NCBI GenBank assembly: GCA_028534125.1
Contig: CM052816.1
Span: 81,284,001 to 81,348,000, forward strand
DNA: 64,000 nucleotides
Origin: Lama glama
Taxonomy: Eukaryota
Reading direction: 5' to 3'
The notes under the pieces were generated by a model. The model had not been told where the DNA came from. It did not search any database and saw only the letters and a list, made by a program, of their open reading frames with translations. Made by a program: the position numbers and the translations under genes. Shown piece by piece: positions 1-14,540 of the stretch. Each line of letters begins with the position of its first letter. Positions within the stretch are counted from its first letter, which is position 1.

Positions 1-430
1 TCAGTTAGGATGTATTTGGCTGCAAATAACAGAATTCTTGACCCACAGTGGCTTCAGCCTTGTAGATCTTTGTTTCTCTGCAATAGCAAGAGGTTTGGAG
101 GCTCACAGGTCCACGACTGGTTCTGGGGCTCAATGACACCTGGTGTCATCAAAGAGATAGCCTCTTTCTGAATATCCTTTTGGCTTCTTGTCCTTAGATT
201 TGTCACCTCATGGTCACATGGTGGCTGCTACAACTCTAAGCTCTACATCTTCATGCCCCCGCTCCAAGAATGAAAGTAGAAGACATAAGGAAAAAAAGCT
301 TTTTGCAATGATAGGCTTCAGTCTTTTTCTTAAAGGAAAAAAATTTTGCCAGGTGCCCAACAACCGACTTGCCCTTTATCTTCTCAGGGGGAATTGGGTC
401 ACAAGCCCAGCCTTAGTCTAACCCTGAGGA
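1..430 (-). mobile_element. Old MaLR LTR remnant (MLT1K/L-like)
   Basis: Opens with tcagttaggatgtatttggctgcaaataacagaa, resembling the reversed 3' end of MLT1J-L; internal catggtcacatggtggctgc motif. Confidence 0.5.
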
Positions 431-929
431 AGGGAAGTGGGAGTCCATCAGGATTCATCTCTGGGTATTTCTATGATAACTGACCAAAGGAGGAAGAAAA
501 TGGCTCACAGGGTGAAAATGTGCGTATCAGTTTAAGAATGGATCAACAATACACTTCTAGAATAAGCCAGAATCAGCCTTGTTGGTAGGCCGGCGTCCAG
601 GTCCTGGTCTCCCACGTCTCCGTGTATCCATCTACATGACATTGGTTAGGACACAAGCAAAAGGCCTGGAGTCCTTTTTCTTTCCTCTGTAAAAGTAGCA
701 ATGGATGGAGGGCATCTGGGTGAATTCTCCACTCCTTCCTACTTAAAAATAAATTCTGCTCTAGTTCTAGACACTGGGGTAAAAGTATATGATAGCAGAT
801 AATTAATGAGTCAAATTTGGGCCCTGGCACTGTCTGTCCTTTATCTCCGAAGGCCAGGCCGGTCCCTCCAGCCCTGCAGCCTCATCCTCTGAATAATAAA
901 GAGGCTTCAGAGTGAGAGGAAGCTCACTT

Positions 930-1110
930 AGGCTTTCAACTCTGGCCTGGAGACACTGGGGAAATCACTGGGGTGTCCCAGTTTCCTGCCGTCTAAGATG
1001 CCAGCAATCGTATCTACCTCACAGGGCTATTGAAAGGACTAAATGAAAGAAAACATACAAAGCACTTAGCACAGTGTTTGGCACATAGTATTTGCTTTAG
1101 AAATGTTGCA
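930..1110 (+). mobile_element. MIR SINE
   Basis: Core tacctcacagggctattgaaaggactaaatga and tail aagcacttagcacagtgtttggcacatagta. Confidence 0.65.
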
Positions 1111-1249
1111 GTTAAAATTATGATCTTATTTCTCTAAATGGATTATAAGATTGAAGCAAAGACTGCGTTTACTAGCCTGTTTACATTCTTTCTTTCCTGA
1201 CAGCCCCCACTTCCCATCCACCTAGTTTGATATGTCAGATGTCATATGA

Positions 1250-2012
1250 ATGAATGCCATCTCACACCCATTAGGATGTCTATTATCAAAATAATAATAA
1301 TAATAATGATTGCTGGAGACATGTAGGTGAAATTGAAACCCTTGTGCAGTATTGGTGGGAATATAAAATGGTGCAGCAGCTATAGAAAACAGTGTGGTGG
1401 TTCCTCAAAAAATTAAAGATAGATTACCATCTGATCCAATAATTCCACTTCTGAGTATATACTCAAAATAATTGAAAGCAGGGACTTCAGTAAATATTCA
1501 TACACCCGTATTCGTGGAAGCATTATTCACAATAGCCAAAAGATGGAAGCAACCCACATGTCCGTCAACGTGGATGAATGTGTAAACGAAATGTGGTACA
1601 TAGATACAATGGAATATTAATCAGCTTTTAAAAGGAAGGAAATTCTAACACATGCTACAACATGGATGAACCTGGAGGACAGTATGCTAAGTGAAATAAG
1701 CCACTCACAAAAAGATACATGCTGGATGATTCCACTTACATGAGGTACCTAGAGTAGGCAGGTCCTTAGAGACAGAAAGCAGAATAGTTTCTGGTAGGTG
1801 GTTTCTCCTGGTGGTTGCCAGGAGCTGGAAGGAGGGAAGAATGAAGAGTTGTTGTTTCATAGGTATAGATTTTCAGTTTTGCAAGATGAAAAGAGTTCTG
1901 AAGATTGGTTGCACAACAACGTGAAGCTAATTAACAGTGCTGAACTACATGCTTACAAATGGTTAAGATGGTCAATTTTAAGTTATATGTATTTTACTAC
2001 AATTTTAAAAAT
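1250..2012 (+). mobile_element. L1 3' portion (ORF2 end + 3' UTR, L1MB-like)
   Basis: catctcacacccattaggatg, ggttcctcaaaaaattaaagatagattaccatctgatccaataattccacttctg, catggatgaacctggaggac. Confidence 0.85.
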
Positions 2013-2018
2013 TGCTTA

Positions 2019-2280
2019 ATGAATGAACCTTGTAAACATTAGACCAAGTAAAAGAAGCCAGTAACAAAAAACCACGTATTGTCTGATTCTGTTTATCTAA
2101 AACGTCCAGAAGAGGCAAACGCATAGAGGCAGAAAGTAGATAACTGGTTTCCAGGAGTTAAAAAAAACTACTTAAACTAAAAACTAAAACTATTAAAAAC
2201 TCTTAAACTGTATTCTTTAAAAGGGTGACTTTTATAATATGAGAATTGTATCTCAATAAAGCAATTTTTTAAAAAAAGAA
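2019..2280 (+). mobile_element. Older L1 3' UTR fragment (L1MC/ME-like)
   Basis: gaatgaaccttgtaaacatt...aaaagaagccagtaacaaaa...tatctcaataaagc followed by an A-rich end. Confidence 0.6.
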
Positions 2281-3139
2281 TGAACAAATGAGATTCTAAT
2301 TATATCCAGATCACTGGGATCGTTTTAATTCAGTGTCAATTCCAGAAGGGAGGTTTGTCATGAATAATTTGGGTCAGAAATATGGGTAGCAAGAGGTTCA
2401 AATGTACTCTTGGCAAAGCTCAGCCTGGCAGTCCTGTCGGCCTTTGAGATTTGTTGCCTAATGGCCTGGTGAGAGTTGCTAGAATCCCCAGGCTTTAGCA
2501 GTTGACCGCAGGGCCCTCATTTCCCCGGAGCCACTGGCTGTCTAACCGTGGAGTCTGGTCAGGGCACTAGGTCTACAGAGAGCACATCTATTCCCCCAGA
2601 AACGCCCTGCTGGGAATTCAGTTTACTACTTGCCATTATAGCGATGTAATTGCATGCTACTCATTGATAATGTGCAAAACAATCACTAGAGAGTATAAAC
2701 AAACAGATGGTGAGCAACCTCCCTGCAAAGTGCTGAAGGCAAACCTCACAAGGGTTTTTTGTTTCATCGGTTTTGCAGACCTGATGCAGTAATCCCAGAT
2801 GTGCAGCAGAGCATATGCGGCAGTTCGGAAGTGACAATGACACATTCTGTAGAACGGCACATTGTCAGAACCATTCACGGGAGAACACCCGAAGGCAACC
2901 AGGAGCCAGAAAGTGGAATTAAGATTCACTGGCAGGCCTCTATTCCCATCAATGATCCAAACTTTTCATGCTGAAAAACGCCTTCTGTCCCCCTAATGCA
3001 TTTTCATACAGCATGTAAATTTCAAGTGGCTTCTCCTGAAAATGCTTTCTTCACCCACCCACAAGGAGCCTGTAAGACTTGCTCAAGGAGAGGTACACCA
3101 TCAAGGCCTGTGTGCCTGTTACCTGTGGGGCTAGTGTGC

Positions 3140-3497
3140 AGTATGTGGCCTTTGGGGACTGGCTTCTGTCACTTCCTGTGATGTGTTCTAGGTTCATCCA
3201 TGCTGTTTCATATTTGAGGATTTCATTCCTTTTTTAAATAATATTCCATTGTATGCTAGATCATGTTTTGTCCATCTATTCATCACTTGACGGACATTTA
3301 GATTCTTTCTACTTTTTAGCTACTGTGAATGCTGCCACTATAAACTTCGGTGGACAGCTTTTGATGGGGACATGGGTCTCCCTTTCTCTTGGATGTATAA
3401 CCAGGAGTGGACTCAGTGCATCATATGATGACGCTAATGTTTCACTTTTTGAGAAACTCCCAGACTGCTTCCCACGGCAGCTGCACCATCTTACACC
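3140..3497 (-). mobile_element. L1 fragment
   Basis: Antisense L1 motifs ctaggttcatccatgctg, aatattccattgtatg, gctactgtgaatgctgcc. Confidence 0.7.
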
Positions 3498-4611
3498 ATG
3501 TTTGCTCCTTGCTGCAGTAGGGGCTGGGTCGCTTCTTGGCCTCTGCATTTTGTGCCCCTCCTGATCTGCAGATCCCTCTTGCAACACATTTCCAGGTACT
3601 ATGTTCTCATTTCCTCCTCCTACTTTCCCTCTAGATCAGGTAACCTGCCCTCAAGCAAAGGCGAGGGAAAGAGAACAAAAATGCCACAAGGGCCCACAGC
3701 GGGCCACGTGCTGTACCCTACGCTTTCTGTGCACACAATAAAGCCAGGTGTCGCCACCTGATCGGCCAGGAAACTGAAAGCATGTGCTCCAATCTGCTTC
3801 CCAGGCCGCTGGGGCAACGGTTCTCAAACAATGTGCCACAGAATCTGCTGGTGCTTCAGAGGTTCAGCAGAAAACAGCATTTTCTGCCAGACAATGAATA
3901 TTTTAAATTCCTGAAAAATCCACTCCTCATTTGGATCTGTTTCATATTTTGAAATTCTAGGAATCCATCAGTGATCTTACCCACTAGGACTTAGAACAAC
4001 ACATGGCATGTAGTAATTGTTCAATAAGTATTTATCTGGTAAATGAATTTTCTGCTAAAAAGTTGGCTAATCGTGTGCTGAGGCATTAATTCCCAAACCT
4101 GGCTGTGTGTCAAAAAATTGCCCAAATAGTATTTTTTTTAATATAATTCACTGGGCCCCAATGAAGCAGCCTCTCTAGGGTAGGCGTTGGAGTCATTGTT
4201 ATTAAATTTCCCCAAGTGATGCTGACAGAGCTTTCTGAAGACCCTAGTCTGGGTGCCACTGCTCTCAGGTACTGTTTTTGTCCAGCCGCAGGGTTAGTGA
4301 CTTCCTTGGTTACCCTCCCAGGCCTAGAGGATCTCACTCTGGTCCAGAGCCCCTGGTCAGTAATCACATGGATGGAGTCCCTTTCTAGATCCATTGGCAT
4401 TACAGTCCATTGGCGATTGCTGGCTTCACTCCAACCATTAGATCATCCAATGTGAGTGATGATTCTCCACGTCTAGAGTGCTCCCGCGGTCAGTCTTTCC
4501 CTATACATCTGCTTTAGACCTGCTTTCTTATTATTAAGCAACAGAGATTAACACCATGCTAGTTTGAACACAAGAAGTTCTCCATGGCTACAGAAAAGAA
4601 TCTCACCATTT

Positions 4612-4740
4612 CTTTTTTTGGTGTGGGGGGGTAATTAGGTTTATTTATATATACATATTTTCATGAAGGTACTGGGGATCGAACCCAGGACTTTGTGCAT
4701 GCTAAGCACGGACTCTGCCACCAAACTCTGCCTCCTTCCT
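4612..4740 (-). mobile_element. tRNA-derived SINE (camelid vic-1-like)
   Basis: Reverse of the tRNA-Ala-like head with B box (ggtactggggatcgaacccagg...gcatgctaagc) plus gtaattaggtttattta tail and poly-T. Confidence 0.85.
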
Positions 4741-7700
4741 CACCACTTTTTGTATTCCATAACTCTCCCCCAGTCACTCCCCAAGGACTTGAGGGTCAGA
4801 CATCTGCCATGCAAGCAGGTACAGGGTTGGCTCCCCTTTCCCTCCACCTATCAGAAAGCAGCAGGAGTTCCCACAGACTCAGTTCTTCTTTCAAAGTCAA
4901 GGCTAGAGTAGGCAGTTGTAAATTTTTTTTCCTACTGATGATGGACGTAGAGAGAAACAAGAACTCCTAACTCACCTCTACATGCTTATTCAAGTTTCAT
5001 ATCCCCTTTTCTCCCAGAAGGAAGAAGAACTTTATCATATTAGGCACATTTCAAAATTCTCTAGAGATGTTCAGTTATTTATCTACAGGCAGAGGAGACC
5101 CACAGGGTGAGGAAGACCAGGGCATGGCTGTGGAGTTGCCCTTTAAGGCAGAGTAGGGTTGGCAGCTAGGGGGGAAGTAGCACGGCCAGTGAGGGGAGGG
5201 AAAGGGGAAGAAGGGGGCCCGAGTGGGACTAGATGACCACCAGGTAGAGCCCAGTCAACAAAGAACAGTATCCATGAGGACAGAGCAATTTCCAAACCCA
5301 CTTCAAGCAAACCACTGCCACCAGAAACTTGTGGGGTCTCAAGATAGCCTCAGAAAGGTCTGCAAGGGATCAATCGACACCAACTCTAAAATTTTGCCAC
5401 TCCAGATGTGGCCCTCCAACCACCAGAGCATTTGTTACCAATGCAGGATCTGAGGTCCCACCACCCAAATTAACAAGACCCCTGTGTGATATAAACATGA
5501 ATTAAAATGCTCAGAACCATCTTCGGAGCAAGCACAACCCAGGAGTCTTTATTTTTAGCAAGCACATAAGTGATTCTGATTCCAGATGTTCCAATTGGTT
5601 TAGTTCTGGGCAGGTGACGTGAAGTTCCCACCTCCTTGAGGGCAAAATGACATTTTGAAGCCTTAACTAATTTTTTGCATGCATTTTTCTCTTTTGCCCA
5701 TTCCCCATTTCCAGCAGATGGTCTATTTTGTGCCCATGGTCATTTGGCAGGGATATGAGAGATAGAAAGCTAAAGAAAATGAGAGAAATGGACAGACTTC
5801 TTCCGAACTGTTGCTTCCAAAAGCCTGAAGCCCATCCTGGTACTTAGAGGAGCTGAATGTTTGGAAGTGAGTTTAGGGGAGAAGGAGACTGACCCACACT
5901 GGAAAAAAATTGCTTCATGCTAGGGGAAAGGAAGGACAGGCTGAAGGACAAATGTCACTGTGGCCCAGAGACTAAGGCTCTGTGCCCTAACAGCTGCAGA
6001 CAGGAAGCACCTGTCTCAGGGGATTCCTGTGCCCTCATGGAATAGAGTGGGAGAGGCCCTGGGGCTTGAAGGAAACAAGAGGCCCTGGGGCTTGAAGGCC
6101 ATTCCAGGGGCAACCTGCATGCATTTGTACGTTAGAGGGACAGTCTTGGCAAGGCCTCTCAGGACAGGTGACTTGAAGATCAGATGGGCTTGTGCTGAAA
6201 CCGTCACAATGGTGATGACAAGTTCTGCGGATGCAGATTTGAACTCACGTAAATGGCAAGAGCCAAAAGAAGGGGCAGTGTATTCAGCGTGCAGCCCCAG
6301 AGGATGAGGATTAGGCCCTTGGAATTAAGTTGTGATTGAAAAGAAAGGAAGCCAGAATGTGCAGTGAAAACTGTACAGGCGACATGCGAAGGCTGGTGGG
6401 ACTTTAATTCAAGAACAGTCTCCAAATGGTCCTTCTTTGGGTGCCCCTCCTGGGCAGCTGCCTCTCACCACTACCTCCAAATTTTCTCATCAGGATCCCC
6501 AGCTCTGTCCCCCAAACATCCTATTTTCTTTAGTCTTTCTTTCTTTTATTTATTCTCCTCAACATTGCTCAGCAGGAACAACCTTCGTGAGCCTTTAAAA
6601 TGAAGACCCTTACTAACAGCAAAGAAACAGGGGTTCTCCCTTGACCCACTCTCCCCTGGGACAGAAAGAAGCCAGCTTTTCCAATCGCACTGCTTCACCT
6701 TCCCTCCCAGGAGAGGCGGGGACTGTGTGAATTCCTTCCCAGGTGAGGCTGACCTGAGGCGCGCCTGAACCTGCAGAGAAAGGAGGAGACAGTGCTTCCC
6801 CATGGAAACAAGCTTTCCCATGATCCTCTGTTCTTACCATCGCCGTTTTTAAGGAAGTCGAGGTGAAGTAGGTGTTAGCTTTTGGGAGAAATGACAGCTA
6901 ATGACAGCCAAGATTGCGTCTCCATTTCTACCCCCTCTCACCTTCTCCAATGACAAAGTTCAGCTTTCCTAAAGATTCAGGGTCTTTGCGACCTGAAATG
7001 TTGACCCCCTCAAAAGACAATTTCTGCTAAAAGCATTTGCCCTGTAATTGGTTCTGGAAGTGAAACTTTTAAACAAGCCAGGAACAACAGTGACCTGCCA
7101 GCGGCAACAGCGCCCCAACCTCCTCCTTCCTGAAATGAGACCAGGGTGGAGGTAGAGACGTGCTGAGGGTGAGAGAAAAGCCCACACTCATTCTCCAGTC
7201 TCTGTTATTTCTGGGCAGGAACTTTTTCTACTCGATCCAAAAAAACCACAGGGTCTGGCTTTGCGCCAGCCCCATGTCTCGTCACCTGCCGGGAGCCTTT
7301 GCGTGGCAGCCTGAGCCAGTGCTCCCTGGAGAGAGCGGCGGGCAGCTCTTCCCTCCTCCAAACCCAGCAAGGCCTTCGTTCACCCTTTTCCAGGCTCAGA
7401 GAAGTGGAACGAGTTGTCTGAAAGCGGGTAGGAGACAGCTCACTTGAGTAACTCAGATTACAACCACCACCTCTGCCCGCATCCCCACCCCACTTCCTCT
7501 TCCCTTTCATCATCTCTGAGCGGTACCGGTGGGTGCATTTCAAGCCTCCTACTTTGGCTGTAGCGTTTATGTTATAGTATGACCTCATCACACTGCAGTG
7601 GGACAGCCCACTGCAGGGGAGCCCATTCGTTGTAGGGCAGCTGGCTTCAGTCATGTGGACAAAGAAGGAGAAAGGGAAAGACGGCATGGAGGGAAGAAAT

Positions 7701-7829
7701 GGTGAAATGGGACAGTGAGAGACGATCAGCCAGTCCTGGCTCCTGATACTTCATGAAGCTTAAGAGAGCTTGGCTTCCGTAGAGCATCACTGTGCACCTC
7801 CCAGCATCCTGTGTCTCCACCAGAGCAAC

Positions 7830-8586
<757 letters not shown>

Positions 8587-8666
8587 AGGACAACCCAGTT
8601 ATCACACATTACCCTTGTGTTTCATGATAAAAGTTGTCAGACGTTACGTTTGGTGCTTTGCACGTG

Positions 8667-8684
8667 CACACACACACACACACA
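8667..8684. repeat. (CA)9 microsatellite
   Basis: Directly visible. Confidence 0.9.
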
Positions 8685-9149
8685 AGTATTGAGTATCTTT
8701 CCTCCCATTCGTGGTTGACAGTTAAATGGAATGTTATTTTGTAAATACAGTAAACATGATTAACTTCTTGTCACGTGCTTTTTACTGCTGCCTAGAGACA
8801 GGGGCTCCAGGAGGGCGCTCATGCACATGGAATATCCTGCAAGACCTTCAAGAGTGAGTAGCTGCCTCCCTAGCTGTTATTCTCCCTCTTGGCAGCAGCA
8901 TCCGTGTCCAGCTGTCAATGTTAAAAGTGCCAAATCAGCAAATTATCAGGATCGTTTGCAGCTAGATCACAGGCAGGTGACCCAGTCCTGGCTCCTGGGA
9001 CCTGCTGTGGCTTCTGCTGAGAAGTTCTTGGAAAGCAGGTCCTCCTTAATAACTGCAGAGGCAGGATGGAAACACCCCTGCCATGTTGCTGGAGACAAGG
9101 CCTCATGAGGATGTGGTGCTTGGAACCCCAAAATGATTTTTAAAATATG

Positions 9150-10046
9150 AAGGCATGAAAAAAATGCTTAATATCATTAATTATCAGAGAAACCCAAATC
9201 AAAACTACAATGAGGTTATCACCTTACACCAGTCAGAATGGCCATCATTCAAAAGTCCACAAATGATAAAATGCTGGAGAGGGTGTGGAGAAAAGGGAAT
9301 CCTCATACACTGTTGGCAGGAATGTAAACTGGTGCAGCTACTATGGAAAACAGTATGGAGATTCCTTAAAAAACTAAAAATAGAGTTACCTTGTGATCCA
9401 GCAATCCCACTCCTGGCATATTTGAAAAGACATATGTGCCCCAGTGTTCACAGCAGCACTATTTACAATAGCCAAGACATGGAAGCAACTTAATGTCTAC
9501 TGGCAGATGACTGGATAAAGAAGTTGTGGTGTATACATACAACGAAATACTACTCAGACATAGAAAAGAAAAAATAATGTCATTTGCAGCAACAGGGGTG
9601 GATCTGGAGATTGTCATGCTAAGTGAAGTAAGTCAGAAAGAGAAAGAAAAATACCATATGATATCACTTATATGTGATCTAAAAATCTAAAAAAAGGACA
9701 CAAATGAACCTACTTATAAAACAGAGACAGATTCGCAGACATAGAAAACAAGCTTATGGTTACAGGGTGGGGAAGGGGATGGGGAGGGATAAATTGGGAG
9801 TTTAGGATTTGCAGATACTAACTACTATATTTAAAATAGATACACAACAAGGTCTAATTGTATTGCACAGGGAACTATATTCAATACCTAATAATAGTTT
9901 ATAATGAAAAAGAATATGAAAAGGTATATATATATACACACACACACACACATATATATATATAAAACTGAATCACTATGCTGTACACCAGAAATTAACA
10001 CAACATTGTGAATCCATTAAACCTCAATTAAAACAGACAAACAAAC
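9150..10046 (+). mobile_element. L1 3' portion, artiodactyl-type, with internal (TA)n(CA)n(TA)n
   Basis: ORF 9155-9493 carries the L1 ORF2 C-terminal motif [46 protein letters not shown]; typical 3' UTR follows. Confidence 0.92.
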
Positions 10047-10100
10047 CATGAAGGGAGGTATCACCAAAACACTGAGAACAACAGAGTAGGAAAATAAAAA

Positions 10101-10563
10101 TATTACCAAGTCTGGACTCATTCTGCTCACTACACAAAGGTCAGAGCAAAGAATAACAACTTTCTTCAGAAAGCTAGCAAACTAAGGAGATGGTGGACTA
10201 ATGTCGTAGAAAACCATCCTCTCCGAGTTTGAATTCAGGCTTCTTTTGTACTGAAAGGGGAAGGGGTAAAGTCCTGGTTCTGGATTGACTCTGGAAGGGA
10301 GGTGTTAATTTCTTCCTTCCTGCAGTCACTCACGAATGGACCTAGTATGGACCTAGTAAGGACCTTTCCTGTGGGCTAAACAAAGGTATTTTAGCTTAAA
10401 GCTCATTACCTGGGAGGCAGGGTTCCCAGAGATGGGCCATTATGTAAAATTGAAGCTTACAGGCAACATCCCTTTAGTGATTAACAAGCAATAGAAGACA
10501 AAGGTTTAAGTAAAAGAAACAGATCTAATATAGAGTCAGATATGTTCTTCCCCATTCATTACA
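10101..10563 (-). mobile_element. ERV1-class solo LTR
   Basis: Resembles artiodactyl ERV1 LTRs (taccaagtctggactc...agatctaatatagagtcagat); short internal tandem ggacctagta. Confidence 0.55.
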
Positions 10564-10587
10564 AAAAGAGCCTGGGTGCTTAACTGC

Positions 10588-11045
10588 TGTGGTAGGCTGC
10601 GTAAAGACCTCAAAGATATCTGTGATCTAATCCCTAGACCTTGTAAACCTTACCTTGTATGAGGAAGGGGATTTTGCAGAAGTGATTAAGCTATGGATCT
10701 TGAGATGAAGAGGTTATCCTGAATTATCTGGGTGGGCCCTACATACAATCACAAGGGTCCTTAAAAAAGGGAGGCAGGGGGAGATTTGACTACAGAAATA
10801 GGAAGCCAGAGGTTGGAGTGATTCAAGGAAGGGGTCACGAGCCAAGGGAAACAGGCCTCCAGAAGCTGAAGGAGACAAGGAAAGAGATTCTCCCCTAAAG
10901 CCTCCAGAAAAAACCGGCCGTGCCAACTGACCTGAATCCAGAGAAACTGACTTCAGCTTTCTGACCTCCAGAACTGCAAGAGAATAAATTTGATTGTTTT
11001 AAGCCACCAAGTTTGTGATGATATGCCATAGTAGCAATTTGTCAG
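10588..11045 (+). mobile_element. MaLR LTR (MLT1C/D-like)
   Basis: tgtggtaggctg start; gattttgcagaagtgattaag...gaattatctgggtgggccct; ctgacctccagaactgcaagagaataaa...tttaagccaccaagtttg. Confidence 0.85.
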
Positions 11046-14000
11046 CAACAACCTAACAGCGAACCAACCTGGGAACTCCCTAACTTTTGATTTTCTTGGG
11101 GAGCAACATCATTTAAAAAATTCCTATGTTTTTAAGTTACTTTTGAGCAGAAGCTGGCTGTTACCAAGGCATCCTAAATAAAACTTCTAGCATAACCAGT
11201 GGTAGCGTTGGTAGGGGTATTATAGGATATTGGCTCATTCAGAAAGAATTTAAGAATATATATATATATATTTAAATATATATATAGAGAGAGAAATTCA
11301 CGTGCAAGAGCTTTGCCCAGAACCAAGCTTCATCTATTTAGTATATTGGGTACCTCCCACTTAATTTTTTATAGTAGTGGTAAAATTAGTAGCAATATTT
11401 TTGAATTACCATTAAAGTATGTCTTATTGCTCCATGGTCCCTCACCTCATGGCCCAAGTGGTTGTCACCACTGCAGTGACAAACCAGCCAAAGAGAAGAG
11501 GGGCAGGTCCAAGGATGAGGGCACCGTCTGGAAAACTGCACGTCCACCCACAGAGCAATGGTGCGAACTGGCCACAGGGCCATGCCTAAGAGTCATGGAA
11601 GCTGCAAGTCTTTATTCCCATGTGCCCAATTAGAAACTCAGAAAAAGAAGGGAGATCACATATCAGGGACGCCACATGGTCTGTGTCAGGAGTTCTGTTG
11701 ACAGATGAGTATTCAAGTTAAAATCAAGAAGGAGGCATCAACATCTCAGTACAATGGCCTAAAAATCAATCCTGCTGATGGAATCTGAGTCATTCCACAC
11801 CTCTCCTGGCCTGCTGCCCTGCTTTATGGTTTTGTTTGTTTTTGTTTGTTTGTTTTATTTTGGGAGCAGCAGAACCTTCTGCACATAAGAAAGATACCAG
11901 TGGTAGGGCCCTTCCCCCTTGCCTTTATAATCATCTTGGGAATCTCTTTGGAACATGAGTGTTCTGGGAACACACTTTGAAACAATGCATTTGCTCTAAA
12001 AGGAAGCAAAACCATACTGCTAGACACAGTGATGCTTGGGGATTCCCAAGGCTGCTGAGTTTATTTCTCCTGTGAGAAACCCCCCAACCCTTGGTAACGG
12101 AGCTGGACGGGTCCTATTTCTGCACTCAGTGCTTGATCTGTTTTAGAGTCACTCACTGCAGGGGAAACAGAAGCTTGGACATTCTGCTCAGCAAGCGAGA
12201 AACCATTTTCAATGACACTCCATAGCTCACAGTGCTGTCTGGGGCCAGAGTGAATGCTGGTTGCCATGGCACTGCTTTAAATTATGTCCGTGCTGACACA
12301 CTGTCACATGCTGTTCCCATGCACTGGGGCCACGTCTATCTCTTCCTACTGTTTGCTGATTGATGCTTGAGCTCGGCACCAGGAACAGAGATGTAACAGC
12401 AAGAAGGCAAATCCATGGGGTCACCACACCATCTGCCTAAACAATATATAAGATATCAGGGATTGGAAATATTTGAACTAGGAAACTAGAGATCCGGCTT
12501 CTGCTCACAGTTCTCTGCTGTGCAGCTTTGGGCAAATCCTTTCATCTCTCCATGCCTTGGATTCCTCACCTGTACAATGAAAGAGATGGAATAGCATGTG
12601 TCCAATGTCTCCTCCTGAGGTAACCAGCTCTAGTTCCTGCGTGCTGTTTTGAAGCCGCAGAGATGAGCAGAGTTCTGCAGAGGATGAACATTAAAGTGTG
12701 AGTGAGGCAATTCCTGTAAGCTGTTACACAGTCCTCCCCAGGCTGACTGTTTCTGAAACTCCCTTCCAGCACCTCTGGGCTGCTAGAGATTTGTTTTGAG
12801 TCAATTCCCTGGCAAGATGCCACTTGCCAGAGGTCCCTTCTGAGGTACTAAGGGGACTGTTTTCAGTTTGAGTTGAGTCATTATTTGCCTTGGAAATGAT
12901 TTTTTCTCAGGATGGTCCCTGTTCAATGCTCAGGACTTTGATCCCCCAAATTGTTATCCCCCTGAATAAAGTAAATTTTAAAACTAGAGAAAGATACACA
13001 TGTGAGGCAAGCTTCTGGACTTTTTCACAGAGCAGCATCTCATGGGATCAAGAGAGCTGTGAAGTAGCAGCTCTGATACTTGGCTAACCATTATGCAGCT
13101 GGTTTCACAAGGTGTGATTTGAATGAGGTCATTTTTAAATTTCTGCTTCCATTGTCCTGAGCCTTACCCAGCCCTCATCTGTAGATTTTAGGGACAGGGC
13201 TCCCACCTTCAAAGTCTCCTCCCTACCCCACCTCAGTTATTTCCAGGAATCCCCAGAGGGTGTCTCATGTATGTGCACAAAACAAAAACACAAACTAGGA
13301 AACAAGGATTACAATGGGTAAGGGTGTCTTGGCATAAATCAGGGCTGCATATGTCATAGAAAAAAAAAATCTATGGCCTCAGTTAAAAACCACTATCTTA
13401 ATAACAAGGACTGAGTACCTTAGTTCGCCTGCCAGGGGGCAAGAGAAAACTCTAAGCAGACTTCATAGAGAAAGTAAAACAATGGCTGACATCTTGAACC
13501 GTGGGTGCTAGATCAAACGATGATGGCTTTCAGGGAAGATAAGATGAAGCAGATGTCTACTACCTTGCACCCCAACTGACTGAGCCCTCCCCTTTGCAAC
13601 TGGAATGTTTCTTCATTCATTTGTTGGGTTTTGTAAAAATTGTCCAAAATTTAGGATTAATGCAAAAAGATAATTGCATATCTTTTCAATGTCATGTTGG
13701 AGCAATGCTTAACAGACCTACCCCAGCAGTAGTCCTCTAAAGAATGTAGCTTTGTTTGATTTGTTAATTATCATTAGGGTCCAGATTCTGTGAAGCTACC
13801 TGTTAATTTCTAGGTTTTCCTCTCTTAGAAACACAAATGATTCCTATTCAGTGGAAAAGACAACCCCAAAGATGACAGTTTCTTGCCCCAAAGGACACTA
13901 ACCAGATTTATCTCTAACCAAGTTAACGTATCTCCACATACCTCCTGACTCTACATAAACCTCTGTTCTTAGAATTTTCCTTGGACCAGCTTGTTTTGCT

Positions 14001-14097
14001 GGTTCCTTCAATAAATGAGTTAAATAAATATTTGAAACATGCTCACTATATGTTTGATGAGAATCATGTGTTTGACTCATGGAAAATTATCCTTTGG

Positions 14098-14540
14098 CAT
14101 TCATTTAACAAGTGTTTGTTGAACAACTGTTAGAGGTAAGGCAGCGTGCCAGGGGCAGGGAATGTAACAGAGAATAAGACAGATCAGGCCTCTGCCCTCA
14201 CGAAGCAAACATTCTGGAGGGGAGAAAACCATAAACAAATCAATACCTTACAGATTGTGATTAAGGCAACGAAGAGAAATACATAAGATGCTGAGACAGA
14301 GATTAATGGGAGAGGAGGTCAAAGGAGGCTGAACGTGACATTTAGCTGAAACTTGAAGGAGAGAAGCCAGCCCTACAGAGAAGCAGAGGAAAGGAGTTCC
14401 AAGACAAAGGAAATGACAAGCACACGGACCCCACTGTGGGGTCAGGTTCAACGTGTCCTGAGAACTAGAAGCAGCCCACGGTGGCTAGGGTACAGTTGAT
14501 CAAAGGAAAGCTGGCACAAGATAAGATCAAAGAAGTAACA
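14098..14540 (-). mobile_element. L2 3' region
   Basis: cattcatttaacaagtgtttgttgaac...aataagacagatcaggcctctgccctca. Confidence 0.7.

Noticed and set aside
7205..7687. 160-aa minus-strand ORF in a mildly CpG-rich region
   Set aside because: No recognisable protein similarity; the region may be regulatory but coding is unsupported
9155..9493. 112-aa ORF with Cys motifs
   Set aside because: L1 ORF2 C-terminal remnant, not a host gene
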